The notes under the pieces are model-generated. The model was not told the DNA's origin. It searched no databases and saw only the letters and a program-made list of their open reading frames with translations. Positions 37,289 through 46,877 of a DNA stretch of 64,000 bases are shown here, piece after piece; the stretch's first letter is position 1; each line of letters starts with the position of its first letter. The stretch is from an uncultured virus (IMG/VR IMGVR_UViG_3300031787_000087). Lineage: Duplodnaviria; Heunggongvirae; Uroviricota; Caudoviricetes. A program made the position numbers and the translations under genes. The stretch lies in the IMG/VR virus record IMGVR_UViG_3300031787_000087. One strand, given 5' to 3'.

Positions 37289-38232
37289 TGGCTAATACAT
37301 CTGGCGCATATGGCTTTAACCTTGACCTCACCGAGTTGGTCGAGGAGGCGTTTGAACGCGCCGGTAGTGAACTGCGTACTGGATACGACCTGCGTACTGC
37401 ACGTCGTAGCCTCAACATCATGTTTGCTGATTGGGCAAACCGTGGCATCAATATGTGGACTATTGAGACGGGGTCTATCACTCTCGTTCCCGGTCAGAAC
37501 ACATACCCCCTGCCAAACGATACGATTGACTTGCTTGAGCATCTGATTCGTACAGATGCAAACAACACGGCTAACCAAGCCGACCTGACAATCACGCGGA
37601 TTAGCGTTTCTACCTACGCTACGATCCCGAACAAGTTAACCCAAGCCAGACCTATTCAGGTTTGGATTCAGCGCTACAACGGGCAGACTAGCCCTGTTTC
37701 TTCTACGCTAACCACAACAATTACAGATACATCAGACACAATCGTGTTGAGCGATGTTACGGGTTTACCCGCATCTGGGTTTGTAAAGATTGATGATGAG
37801 ATTATCAATTACGGGTATATAACTCAAAATACAAACGCTGTCAGCGGTACGTTGTACAACTGTTTCCGTGGTCAGCAAAACACGATCGCTACAGGGCACA
37901 GCGCTGCGGCTACTGTGTACTGGCAACAAGTGCCAGCCATAACTGTTTGGCCTACCCCTGACAACTCGCAACCATATACATTTGTGTATTGGCGTCTACG
38001 CCGCACGCAGGACGCAGGTGGCGGTGTGAACATCATGGACGTGCCGTTTAGATTCATTCCTTGTATGGCGGCTGGTCTGTCGTACTACATCGCTGGCAAG
38101 ATTCCGCAGGGCATGGAGCGGATTGGCTTATTGAAGCAACAGTATGACGAGGCATGGGAATTGGCAGCATACGAAGATCATGAGAAGGCAGCATTGCGTT
38201 TGGTTCCTAGACAGACCTACATCGGGAGGTAG
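37288..38232 (+). CDS. Head-tail adaptor (tail tubular A-like) with inserted beta domain
   Basis: EEAFER.G, ARRSLN....WANRG.N.W, WPTPD, RF.PC..AGL.YY. Confidence 0.65.
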   Translation: MANTSGAYGFNLDLTELVEEAFERAGSELRTGYDLRTARRSLNIMFADWANRGINMWTIETGSITLVPGQNTYPLPNDTIDLLEHLIRTDANNTANQADLTITRISVSTYATIPNKLTQARPIQVWIQRYNGQTSPVSSTLTTTITDTSDTIVLSDVTGLPASGFVKIDDEIINYGYITQNTNAVSGTLYNCFRGQQNTIATGHSAAATVYWQQVPAITVWPTPDNSQPYTFVYWRLRRTQDAGGGVNIMDVPFRFIPCMAAGLSYYIAGKIPQGMERIGLLKQQYDEAWELAAYEDHEKAALRLVPRQTYIGR

Positions 38233-38234
38233 TC

Positions 38235-38648
38235 GTGGCAACTGGATTAAAACAGTTTAGCGGGGATGAAGGGTTAGCTCCTTATGGGCTTCGTCATTCT
38301 GGTGAAGGTGTAAAAGGTAAAGGGTATTTTGGCGGCTTGTCAACTAAAAGTGGGCGCACTGCAACTGAAATATCCTCTGAAAATGACGAGGGAGAATATC
38401 CACTTGTTGTTCCAACGCTAACAAAGAAAGAACTTGACCATCTTTTAGCAGACAAAAAGCCTACGGATGAGATATACGATAAAGCGGAATCGTGGGCACG
38501 CACAAGAAAAAAGAGTGGGAAAAGTCCTTTTGCCGGGTCAACGGAGTTGAGAATGCCAACCCCTAAGAAAAAAGGCGGTAAAGTAACTGCTTCTAGCCGT
38601 GCGGATGGGGTTGCTGCAAGAGGTAGAACGAGAGGCAGGGTTATCTAA
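38235..38648 (+). CDS. Accessory protein with C-terminal GRTRG tag
   Basis: KG.GYFG, TEIS, PL.VPTL, GKSPF globular part then KKGGKVTASSRADGVAARGRTRGRVI. Confidence 0.7.
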   Translation: MATGLKQFSGDEGLAPYGLRHSGEGVKGKGYFGGLSTKSGRTATEISSENDEGEYPLVVPTLTKKELDHLLADKKPTDEIYDKAESWARTRKKSGKSPFAGSTELRMPTPKKKGGKVTASSRADGVAARGRTRGRVI

Positions 38649-39037
38649 TGGGTAATCGTTTTGCTTCCGGCAAGAATGCAATTTCGGAGTGTGACCGTTG
38701 TGGTCAGCGGTTTAAGTTGAAGGTTCTGAAGACTGAGATTATCAAGTTAAAGAACTACAACTTGTTGGTGTGCCCAGAGTGCTGGGACCCAGACCATCCG
38801 CAGTTGCAGTTGGGTATGTTCCCCGTGGACGACCCACAGGCGTTGAGAAATCCACGCCCTGATCGGAGTTATGTGATTTCTGGTCTGTTAGCAGATGGGT
38901 ATTCTGGTGGTGGTAGCCGAATCTTTCAATGGGGTTGGGCACCAGTAGGCGGGGCGAGTAGTTTTGATGCGTCATTGACGCCAAACAATTTGAATTTGGT
39001 TGTACAACTTGGTACAGTTACGATAGCAACAACTTAG
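38648..39037 (+). CDS. Zinc-finger virion-region protein
   Basis: CDRCG...VCPECWD.DHPQL, DPQALRNPRPD. Confidence 0.75.
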   Translation: MGNRFASGKNAISECDRCGQRFKLKVLKTEIIKLKNYNLLVCPECWDPDHPQLQLGMFPVDDPQALRNPRPDRSYVISGLLADGYSGGGSRIFQWGWAPVGGASSFDASLTPNNLNLVVQLGTVTIATT

Positions 39038-39046
39038 GAGTTGAAT

Positions 39047-39226
39047 ATGGATAAAGCAGACTTAAAGCAAGACAAGAAAATGATCGCAGGTGCCGTGCAC
39101 AAGCACGAGAAGAAACTGCATCCCGGCAAGCCTATGACTAAGCTCAAAAAGGGCGGAGTGACAGGCGAGATGATGAAGTCTATGGGTCGTAACATGGCTC
39201 GCGTTGCGAACCAAAGGGGCAAATAA
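39047..39226 (+). CDS. Small basic protein
   Basis: AGGAG SD; HKHEKKLHPGKP, LKKGG, GRNMAR. Confidence 0.65.
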   Translation: MDKADLKQDKKMIAGAVHKHEKKLHPGKPMTKLKKGGVTGEMMKSMGRNMARVANQRGK

Positions 39227-39492
39227 TGGCTACTTTTAGCATGAAAAAAGGCGGTAAAGAGATTGGCTCCGCCAGTGTCTACGCTGAACCACACAACATG
39301 TCTGGTAAAGGCGTTAAGGTTCAAGAGAACCCCGGCAAAGAGCCAAACCGTAGCAGATTAGACACGTCTGATGCAAGCGTTGGACAGTACAGTATTTCTG
39401 CTGGTAACGAGCCAACAAAGACCGACGGCATCAAAGTCCGTGGTACTGGCGCGGCTACTAAAGGCTTGATGGCACGGGGTCCGATGGCATGA
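39226..39492 (+). CDS. Small protein with RGTGAATKG tail
   Basis: 88 aa, MKKGG, DGIKVRGTGAATKG. Confidence 0.65.
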   Translation: MATFSMKKGGKEIGSASVYAEPHNMSGKGVKVQENPGKEPNRSRLDTSDASVGQYSISAGNEPTKTDGIKVRGTGAATKGLMARGPMA

Positions 39493-40409
39493 ACTACAGC
39501 CAGCTTGTAACTGCGATCTCCGATTACACGGAGAATACTTTTGACGTTGCGGATATGAATACGTTCATTACGCAGGCAGAGCAGCGCATTTACAACACGG
39601 TTCAGTTTCCATCGTTACGCAAAAACGTAACAGGTACTTTGACTTCTGCAAGCCCGTATTTGTCAGCCCCAAACGACTATCTAGCTACCTATTCAATGGC
39701 TGTGATTGACGCCAGCGGTAACTACGAGTACCTGCTAAACAAAGATGTGAACTTCATACGTCAGGCGTACCCAAACCCAACTACCGACGTGGGCGCTCCT
39801 AAGTACTACGGATTGTTTGGCCCAACTATTAGTGGGGGCGAAATCACTAATGAGTTGTCTTTCATTCTTGGGCCGACTCCAAATGCCGCATATGACGTAG
39901 AACTGCACTATTACTACTATCCAGCAACCATTGTTCAAGGTGTGATCACCTTGGTATCGCTCGTAACTCCGGGTGGTAGTTTGACGGCTGGAACTTATTA
40001 CAACGTGCCGTTGACTGGTGGTTCTGGTAGCAGTGCGTTAGCCACTATTGTGGTATCTGGTGGTTTCGTGACCACTGTAACTATTACGCAGGGTGGCTCA
40101 TCCTATGTGGTTGGCGATGCCATAAGCGCGGCTGTGGCAAATATCGGCGGCACGGGCACTACTTTTACTGGTACGGTATATTCAGTTTCTAACAGCACAG
40201 GGCAGACTTGGCTGGGGGATAACTTTGATAGTGTCTTACTCTATGGCTCATTGGTTGAGGCGTACACATATCTAAAAGGCGAACAGGATATGATGGCTCT
40301 ATATGATGGTAAGTACAAGGAAGCACTAGCACTTGCTAAACGCCTTGGCGACGGTATGGAGCGTCAGGATGCGTATCGTTCTGGTCAATATAGACAGGCG
40401 GTGACCTGA
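39489..40409 (+). CDS. Tail/neck connector protein with inserted Gly/Thr-rich domain
   Basis: MNYSQL..AI.DY.E, FI.QAEQRI, PTP...Y.VELHYY, TWL.DN...LLYGSLVEA. Confidence 0.65.
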   Translation: MNYSQLVTAISDYTENTFDVADMNTFITQAEQRIYNTVQFPSLRKNVTGTLTSASPYLSAPNDYLATYSMAVIDASGNYEYLLNKDVNFIRQAYPNPTTDVGAPKYYGLFGPTISGGEITNELSFILGPTPNAAYDVELHYYYYPATIVQGVITLVSLVTPGGSLTAGTYYNVPLTGGSGSSALATIVVSGGFVTTVTITQGGSSYVVGDAISAAVANIGGTGTTFTGTVYSVSNSTGQTWLGDNFDSVLLYGSLVEAYTYLKGEQDMMALYDGKYKEALALAKRLGDGMERQDAYRSGQYRQAVT

Positions 40410-40410
40410 G

Positions 40411-40842
40411 ATGGCTTTTACAGGAAATTGGACATGCAATACGTTTAAGACGGGCTTGATGAATGGCTCGTTTGACTTTACAAGTGGCACGTTCTATATC
40501 GCTTTGTACACCAACGCGGCAACGCTTGATGCAACTACCACTACTTACACAGGAACAACTGGTGAAGTGGTGGCTACAGGCTATACGCCCGGTGGAAATC
40601 TTTTGACCATATCGCAGGCCCCAACTACGGGCAATCAGACTGGCGCGGCTACCTCGTACATATCGTTCAGCAACGCCTCATGGTCTGGAGCTATCACCGC
40701 AAGGGGCGCTTTGATTTATAAAACCGGTGCTGATGGGGCAGTTTGTGTGTTAGATTTTGGTGCGGATAAGACCAGCACTACCACATTTACCGTACAATTC
40801 CCCGCAGTCACTGATACATCTGCGATTATTCGTATTTCTTAA
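40411..40842 (+). CDS. Tail-associated structural protein
   Basis: FK..L, FYIALYT, GY..GG..L, TARGALIY, VLDFG.DK. Confidence 0.65.
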   Translation: MAFTGNWTCNTFKTGLMNGSFDFTSGTFYIALYTNAATLDATTTTYTGTTGEVVATGYTPGGNLLTISQAPTTGNQTGAATSYISFSNASWSGAITARGALIYKTGADGAVCVLDFGADKTSTTTFTVQFPAVTDTSAIIRIS

Positions 40843-40852
40843 AAGGGAACGC

Positions 40853-42277
40853 ATGACTTTCTTCTCCTCTGTTCTTTCTGACCCACCAGAAGTAAAAATC
40901 ACTAACGATCGCCCGTTAGAAAAAGATTTATACAAGATGATGTGGAGTCGTCCAGAATACAGAGTTGTAGCCCCCGGAGAGCAGATTGCCCAAGAGTTTT
41001 TAGCGCAAGCCAAGCCTCCAAAAGGCGCGTCAGTTATTGACCTTGGTTGTGGTACAGGGCGTGGGGCCTTGAATTTAGCGTTCTTTGGTGGGTTAAATGT
41101 CACTATGGTTGACTTTGCCGACAACTGCTTAGATGAAGACATTGTCCCCATGCTTAAAACACAAAGCCACGCTATGCGTTTTGTGGAAGCAGATTTAAGC
41201 CAGCCATTACCAGTATCCGCCGCCTATGGGTTCTGTACAGATGTTATGGAGCATATCCGCCCACATCATGTAGACCGTGTGCTAGATAACTGCTTGGCCG
41301 CTTGTCAACACGTTTTCTTCCAGATTGCCACAGAAGACGACATCATGGGTAAGTTGGTTGGGCATAAGTTGCATCTAACCGTACAACCCTATTCGTGGTG
41401 GTTGCAGAAGTTTAATGACCGCAAGTGCATCATTCATTGGTCTGAAGAGCGTGATGGATACTGTTTGTTCTATGTAACAGCATGGGCTTCTGGTGCTGAC
41501 ATTGTAGATATTGGCGTCATCAACTTGGATGATGAAAAAGTTAAAGCGAATGTCAAACACAACATTTCTCTGGGCTTTCAGCAAGTACAGCCTTACCCAA
41601 CAAATGATGTTGAAGTAATGATTGTGGGAGGCGGGCCGTCTCTTGCTGAGAATATGGACAAGATTAAAGAACTCCGTGCAAACGGCGTTAAGTTGGTTGC
41701 AATCAACAATGCCTACCAATATTGCTTGGATAACGGCGTTACACCTTCTGCTTTTGTAATGGTAGACGGCAGGGACTTTAATAAGCGATTTGTTGAGAAT
41801 GTCGTTGATGACTGCAAGTATTTCATTGCATCCCAGTGTGACCCATCTGTGTTTGAGAAGTTACCAAAAGAACGTACTTACATTTGGCACACAAGTGCTG
41901 AGATGGTTAACAACATTCTTGCGGAACAATACGACAAATGGTTCCCCATTCCGGGCGGCTCTACGGTATTGCTTAGAGCGATCCCTTTGTTTAGAATGCT
42001 AGGGTTCAAGCGATTTCACCTATTTGGATGCGATTCATGTTTAGAAGATGGCAAACACCATGCTTATGAACAAGAGGAAAATGACGGACAACTAGTCGCC
42101 CCAGTAAATGTGGGCGGAAAGATTTTCTACTGCAACCCTTGGATGATTTCGCAAGCACAAGAATTTATCGACCTTATCCGCATGATGGGCGATGAGATTG
42201 AGTTGGAAGTGTATGGTGGGCTTCTCCGCCATATTTTAGAAACTGGCGCATCATACGCTGACATTAAGGAGATTTAA
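40853..42277 (+). CDS. Class I SAM methyltransferase fused to Maf/DUF115-like (glycosyltransferase-like) domain
   Basis: IDLGCGTGR and CTDVMEHI; IVGGGPSL, AINNA, P.AFVMVD, GGST, LGFKRFHLFGCDS. Confidence 0.8.
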   Translation: MTFFSSVLSDPPEVKITNDRPLEKDLYKMMWSRPEYRVVAPGEQIAQEFLAQAKPPKGASVIDLGCGTGRGALNLAFFGGLNVTMVDFADNCLDEDIVPMLKTQSHAMRFVEADLSQPLPVSAAYGFCTDVMEHIRPHHVDRVLDNCLAACQHVFFQIATEDDIMGKLVGHKLHLTVQPYSWWLQKFNDRKCIIHWSEERDGYCLFYVTAWASGADIVDIGVINLDDEKVKANVKHNISLGFQQVQPYPTNDVEVMIVGGGPSLAENMDKIKELRANGVKLVAINNAYQYCLDNGVTPSAFVMVDGRDFNKRFVENVVDDCKYFIASQCDPSVFEKLPKERTYIWHTSAEMVNNILAEQYDKWFPIPGGSTVLLRAIPLFRMLGFKRFHLFGCDSCLEDGKHHAYEQEENDGQLVAPVNVGGKIFYCNPWMISQAQEFIDLIRMMGDEIELEVYGGLLRHILETGASYADIKEI

Positions 42278-42278
42278 C

Positions 42279-42737
42279 ATGGCTGCAAGTGCATGGCAAC
42301 TTTACAACTACGCCAAGAGATACATTGGCAACGGGACAATTACGCTCGGTGCGGGTGTAGTGAAGATGGTGTTAGCTCGTACATCGAGCAATGCTTCAAC
42401 ATTTACGCTTAGTACGTACGCGCAAATTACGGCGGAGATTTCTGCTACTGGTGGTTATGTTGCTGGAGGACGTAACCTTGTCCCTGCAACGGCGCAATGG
42501 ACTGTTGGCGCATCTGCAAAACAGATGAAGTTCACGATGTCTACTATTGGCTTAACCTTCACGGCATCTGGCGCTTCTCTAACTAACATACGTTATGCGA
42601 TTCTCCGTAACTCTACTGGTGCTGGCGCTGGTAAATTATTGTGCTGGTGTGCGTTGTCTACCGTCCAGTTTACAGTTACTTCACCAAACACGTTAACTAT
42701 CCTTCCAGCCGCTACTGGCATATTTACCTTAACCTAA
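42279..42737 (+). CDS. Structural protein, probable paralog of 40411-40842
   Basis: EI...GGYVAGG..L, F.ASG, RYA.L; AAGGAG SD. Confidence 0.6.
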   Translation: MAASAWQLYNYAKRYIGNGTITLGAGVVKMVLARTSSNASTFTLSTYAQITAEISATGGYVAGGRNLVPATAQWTVGASAKQMKFTMSTIGLTFTASGASLTNIRYAILRNSTGAGAGKLLCWCALSTVQFTVTSPNTLTILPAATGIFTLT

Positions 42738-42806
42738 TAAGGTAGTGCTCGTATACTTGGGGGAACGGCTTCTGTCCTTCCCCCTGTTGGGCATTGAGAG
42801 GTAACT

Positions 42807-44774
42807 ATGTTTTCACAAGCACCGTTCTCAGGCGCACCGTTTTCGGGGCTTGGTGGTGCTTCGGTTGCAAATACCAACATAACGCCTTTAGTAGGCGCAT
42901 TAACGCTTACTGGCGTTGCGCCATCCCTACGTAGACAAACGATTATTACGCCCGCTGCTGGGGCGTTGACTATTACTGGTGCCGCACCCACGGACATAGT
43001 ACAGACAATAATCACACCGGCTGTTAGAGCGCTGACTATTACCGGTGTCGCTCCTACAGACATAGTTCAGACAATCATCACACCCGCTGTTAGGGCGCTG
43101 ACTATTACTGGTGTAGCACCGACAGACATAGTTCAAACAATCATCACGCCGAGCGTAGGTGCGTTAACGCTTACCGGCGCAGCCCCGACCGATATTGTTC
43201 AAACAATAATCACCCCAAGCGTAGGCTCACTGACACTTGCGGGCGCGGCTCCTACAGACATAGTTCAGACAATCATCACACCCGCTGTTAGGGCGTTAAC
43301 GCTTACAGGTGCCGCACCGACAGACATAGTTCAAACCATCATTACGCCAAGCGTAGGAGCACTAACGCTTGCTGGTGCTGCACCCACGGACATAGTTCAG
43401 ACAATTATTACCCCAAGCGTAGGCTCGCTGACCGTTGCTGGTGTTGCACCTACGGTTGTTAGAGGGACAATAATCACTCCTGCTGTTAGGGCACTGACTC
43501 TTACAGGTATAGCGCCAACTGCTGTTACAGGGCCAGTCATAACGCCGTCTGTGGGGTCGCTGACTCTTACGGGCGTAGCGCCGACTGTTGTTAGGGGGAC
43601 AGTAATTACCCCAAGCGTTGGTTCTTTGACTGTTACGGGCGCGGCCCCAACAGATGTAATTCAGACCATCATTACCCCAAGCGTTGGCTCTTTAACTACC
43701 GCAGGTGCTGCGCCTTCTCTCTTAAGACAGACCATCATTACGCCAAGCGTAGGTGCATTGACACTTACTGGCGCTGCTCCGATAGACATAGTTCAGACGA
43801 TTATTACGCCATCCGTTGGAGCGTTGACTGCTACAGGCGTTGCTCCTTCGTTACTAAGACAGACAATCATTACGCCTAGTGTTGGCTCGCTGACACTTGC
43901 GGGCATAGCGCCTTCCGTTGTTAGTGCAAAAGTTATTACACCAAGCGCAGGCGCTTTAACGCTTACTGGTGCTGCACCCACAGACATAGTTCAGACAATT
44001 ATTACGCCCGCTGTTAGGGCACTAACGCTTACTGGTATAGCTCCATCGCTATTTAAAACAACTTCTATAACGCCGAGCGTTGGCTCGTTGACTGCTACGG
44101 GCGTAGCACCATCTGTTGTTAGTGCCAAAGTTATAACTCCTGCGGTACAAAACTTAACTATCGCTGGGGCGGCTCCGTTGGCTGTTACTGGGACAGTCCT
44201 TACGCCTAGCGGTGGCGCAGAAATAATCGGCTCCGTACCTGTCGTTGTTGTTACGGGCAAGGTGATGACCCCTGCGGCGGCGACACTGACTTTAGTTGGT
44301 AACGCCCCATCAACGATTGAAAACAAGATAATCACACCGAGCACCGGTAATTTAACCTTAGCGTATAGCGCTCCAACGGTTAGACAAGATTCCTTCGTAA
44401 CGCCAAGTAGCGGGGCAGTTTTAGTTGCAGGTGTGCAACCAGATGTAATAACTGCGGTATCAATTACCCCAGCAGTGGGGGCTGTAGACATAGCTGGTTA
44501 TGCCCCGTCTGTCACTCAGACTAATGCGGTACAACCTGACGGAGTTGCGTTATCTTTGGTTGGGGTAGCCCCAAGTGTGTCTAGAAACACACTTATTACG
44601 CCGCCATGCGGGGTTTTGACTTTGGTTGGACATGCACCGACTAGGGGTGGTCCAAATTGGCAAATCATCAACGATGCTCAAAGTTCTACATGGGTATTGG
44701 TCAATGACAATCAGTCCACAACATGGGATAATGTTGATAATTCTCAAGGTACAACTTGGGCGTTGGTCGCTTAA
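42807..44774 (+). CDS. Repeat fibre protein: ~27 x 22 aa TIITPxVxxLTxxGxAP repeats
   Basis: Counted in translation; N-terminal F..APFS motif; C-terminal W..V.D.Q..TW repeats. Confidence 0.85.
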   Translation: MFSQAPFSGAPFSGLGGASVANTNITPLVGALTLTGVAPSLRRQTIITPAAGALTITGAAPTDIVQTIITPAVRALTITGVAPTDIVQTIITPAVRALTITGVAPTDIVQTIITPSVGALTLTGAAPTDIVQTIITPSVGSLTLAGAAPTDIVQTIITPAVRALTLTGAAPTDIVQTIITPSVGALTLAGAAPTDIVQTIITPSVGSLTVAGVAPTVVRGTIITPAVRALTLTGIAPTAVTGPVITPSVGSLTLTGVAPTVVRGTVITPSVGSLTVTGAAPTDVIQTIITPSVGSLTTAGAAPSLLRQTIITPSVGALTLTGAAPIDIVQTIITPSVGALTATGVAPSLLRQTIITPSVGSLTLAGIAPSVVSAKVITPSAGALTLTGAAPTDIVQTIITPAVRALTLTGIAPSLFKTTSITPSVGSLTATGVAPSVVSAKVITPAVQNLTIAGAAPLAVTGTVLTPSGGAEIIGSVPVVVVTGKVMTPAAATLTLVGNAPSTIENKIITPSTGNLTLAYSAPTVRQDSFVTPSSGAVLVAGVQPDVITAVSITPAVGAVDIAGYAPSVTQTNAVQPDGVALSLVGVAPSVSRNTLITPPCGVLTLVGHAPTRGGPNWQIINDAQSSTWVLVNDNQSTTWDNVDNSQGTTWALVA

Positions 44775-44783
44775 AGGATAGAT

Positions 44784-45236
44784 ATGGCTTTTGTACTTGC
44801 AGACCGTGTTAAAGAAACCACTACCGTAACAGGTACGGGTCCAGCGACTTTGCTTGGCGCGGCTACAGGCTTTCAATCTTTTTCTGCAATAGGCAACGCC
44901 AATACAACTTATTACACGATCCAAGGGACTACCGAATGGGAAGTTGGGATTGGCACGTACACTTCGTCAGGTACATCCTTAAGTCGGGATACGGTGCTGG
45001 CTTCTAGCAACTCAGGCTCTTTGGTTAACTTTAGCGCTGGTACAAAAGATGTTTGGTGTGACTACCCCGCTAAACGGGCGGTCATAGGTGGTGAAGGGTA
45101 TATCGAGAACGCTGGGACTGTTAACACAAGCTCTACCCTAAATACAGGTAATAACGCTATCAGTGGTGGCCCAGTAACGATTGCCAGCGGCGCTGTTGTA
45201 ACGGTTCCAAGTGGTTCGGTATGGACTGTTGTCTAA
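44784..45236 (+). CDS. Tail fibre adaptor protein
   Basis: LADRVKETTT.TGTG, EWEVGIGTY, LSRDTVL.SSN; C-terminal GPVTI...VTVP.GSVWTVV. Confidence 0.7.
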   Translation: MAFVLADRVKETTTVTGTGPATLLGAATGFQSFSAIGNANTTYYTIQGTTEWEVGIGTYTSSGTSLSRDTVLASSNSGSLVNFSAGTKDVWCDYPAKRAVIGGEGYIENAGTVNTSSTLNTGNNAISGGPVTIASGAVVTVPSGSVWTVV

Positions 45237-45268
45237 TAAACCAATACAATGAATAAAGGAGCGTAAAC

Positions 45269-45880
45269 GTGGCATCATCATATACCGACCTACTTAAATT
45301 AGTACTGCCTGTCACGGGAGAACTCACGAACGTCTGGGGTAGCACCGTCAATACTGATTTGACCCAGTTCGTGGAAAACGCTATTGCTGGCACACAAACA
45401 AACTCTGTTGCCGCTGGAAACTGGACACTTACAACTGAACAGCCGGGCAATACCAATGCTTCGTCTACTAATTCTGCTCGATACGCTATCCTGATTGCCA
45501 CAGGCGCACCGGGTGTAACACGCTATATTTACGCACCAAAACAAAGTAAGACGTACATAGTTATCAATAACTGCTCAGATAGCAGTCTGGTTTATATCAG
45601 TGGTGGCCCAACGTCTCCAACTACTGGGGTATCCATAGCCGCTGGTAGTTCAGCTTTGGTTGCATGGGACTCTACAACAAGTGATTTTGTTAAGATTGCT
45701 GGCGGCGGTGCAGGTGCTACAGGTGGTGGAACTGACCAAATCTTCTATCAAAACGGCTTAAATGTCACAACAGATTACACAATCACCACGAACAATAACG
45801 CCGGTACATTTGGCCCAGTAACGATTGATGCTGGCGTAACAGTAACGGTTCCAGACGGTAGTGTCTGGACTGTGGTCTAA
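45269..45880 (+). CDS. Tail fibre adaptor protein
   Basis: SSYT..L.L...TGE..WG..VN; same C-terminal motif as upstream gene. Confidence 0.7.
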   Translation: MASSYTDLLKLVLPVTGELTNVWGSTVNTDLTQFVENAIAGTQTNSVAAGNWTLTTEQPGNTNASSTNSARYAILIATGAPGVTRYIYAPKQSKTYIVINNCSDSSLVYISGGPTSPTTGVSIAAGSSALVAWDSTTSDFVKIAGGGAGATGGGTDQIFYQNGLNVTTDYTITTNNNAGTFGPVTIDAGVTVTVPDGSVWTVV

Positions 45881-45890
45881 AGGGGAAACG

Positions 45891-46610
45891 ATGTCTCAAG
45901 TCAAATTATCAGGTAATGCAAGCGGATCGGGTTCAGTCACGATAGCTTCGCCTAACACTAATAGCGCATTTACAGTCACGCTTCCAACGCTTACAGGTAC
46001 TGCTTCTTTAGCAACTAGAACTGTTCAAGTCTTTACTTCTAGTTCTGGCACATACACAACCCCTACTGGATGCACATCTATTTTTGTTCGTATGGTTGGT
46101 GGTGGTGGCGGAGGCGGGGCTTCTTCAGCTAATAGTGGATCGGCTGGAGGAACTACAACCTTTGGGGCTTCTTTATCGGCAACAGGTGGTAACGGCGGTC
46201 AACATGGTGCTGGCTACGGTGGCAATGCTGGCACGGGTGGTGTGGCAACAGGCGGGGATTTAATTATTACTGGTTCAACGGGGGGTGCTGGCGCAAAAGA
46301 CACAGGTAATCCAACTGGAGGTATGGGTGGTAATAGTGTTTTTGGTGGCGCATCTACTGGGGGTCTAACTAGCACTGCGGGTTCAAACGCGCTGGGATAT
46401 GGTTCTGGCGGCGGCGGTGCTGGCGGGCTTTTAGCTAATTTAAATTCTGCTGGTGGCGGCGGTGCTGGCGGATATCTTGAAAAAACAATTTCTTCTCCAT
46501 CTGCGACTTATTCTTATGCTGTTGGTGCTGGCGGTAATGGGGGTACAGCAGGAAGTTATGCTGGTGGAAATGGTTATGTTGGTGTAATTATTGTTCAGGA
46601 GTTTTACTAA
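45891..46610 (+). CDS. Glycine-rich tail fibre/receptor-binding protein
   Basis: FTSSSGTYT.P.G, VGGGGGG, GGGGAGGY, G..GVIIVQEF. Confidence 0.75.
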   Translation: MSQVKLSGNASGSGSVTIASPNTNSAFTVTLPTLTGTASLATRTVQVFTSSSGTYTTPTGCTSIFVRMVGGGGGGGASSANSGSAGGTTTFGASLSATGGNGGQHGAGYGGNAGTGGVATGGDLIITGSTGGAGAKDTGNPTGGMGGNSVFGGASTGGLTSTAGSNALGYGSGGGGAGGLLANLNSAGGGGAGGYLEKTISSPSATYSYAVGAGGNGGTAGSYAGGNGYVGVIIVQEFY

Positions 46611-46876
46611 TGAAATATGCAATCGTTAAAGATGGCGTTGTTATCAACGTCATTGAGTACGCAGAACAACCTACAACACCACCTCCCGGTTTTGAAGATG
46701 GTCATGTGGCTATTCAAGCGGATAGAGTTAATCCGGGTTGGCATTACGCCAACGGTCAATTTACTGACCCTAACCCACCCGTAGTTGTTGAAATGCCAGC
46801 ACCTATGTCATTAACCGACATGATTCTTGCTGACCCAACAGAGTTGGCAAAACTTAAACAAGCGTTAGGAATCTAA
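46610..46876 (+). CDS. Tail fibre assembly chaperone-like
   Basis: YAIVKDGVVINVI, GW.Y.NG.F..P. Confidence 0.6.
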   Translation: MKYAIVKDGVVINVIEYAEQPTTPPPGFEDGHVAIQADRVNPGWHYANGQFTDPNPPVVVEMPAPMSLTDMILADPTELAKLKQALGI

Positions 46877-46877
46877 C

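Noticed and set aside
42734..44491. Antisense ORFs over the repeat fibre gene and other long genes
   Set aside because: Shadow frames produced by codon bias and repeats
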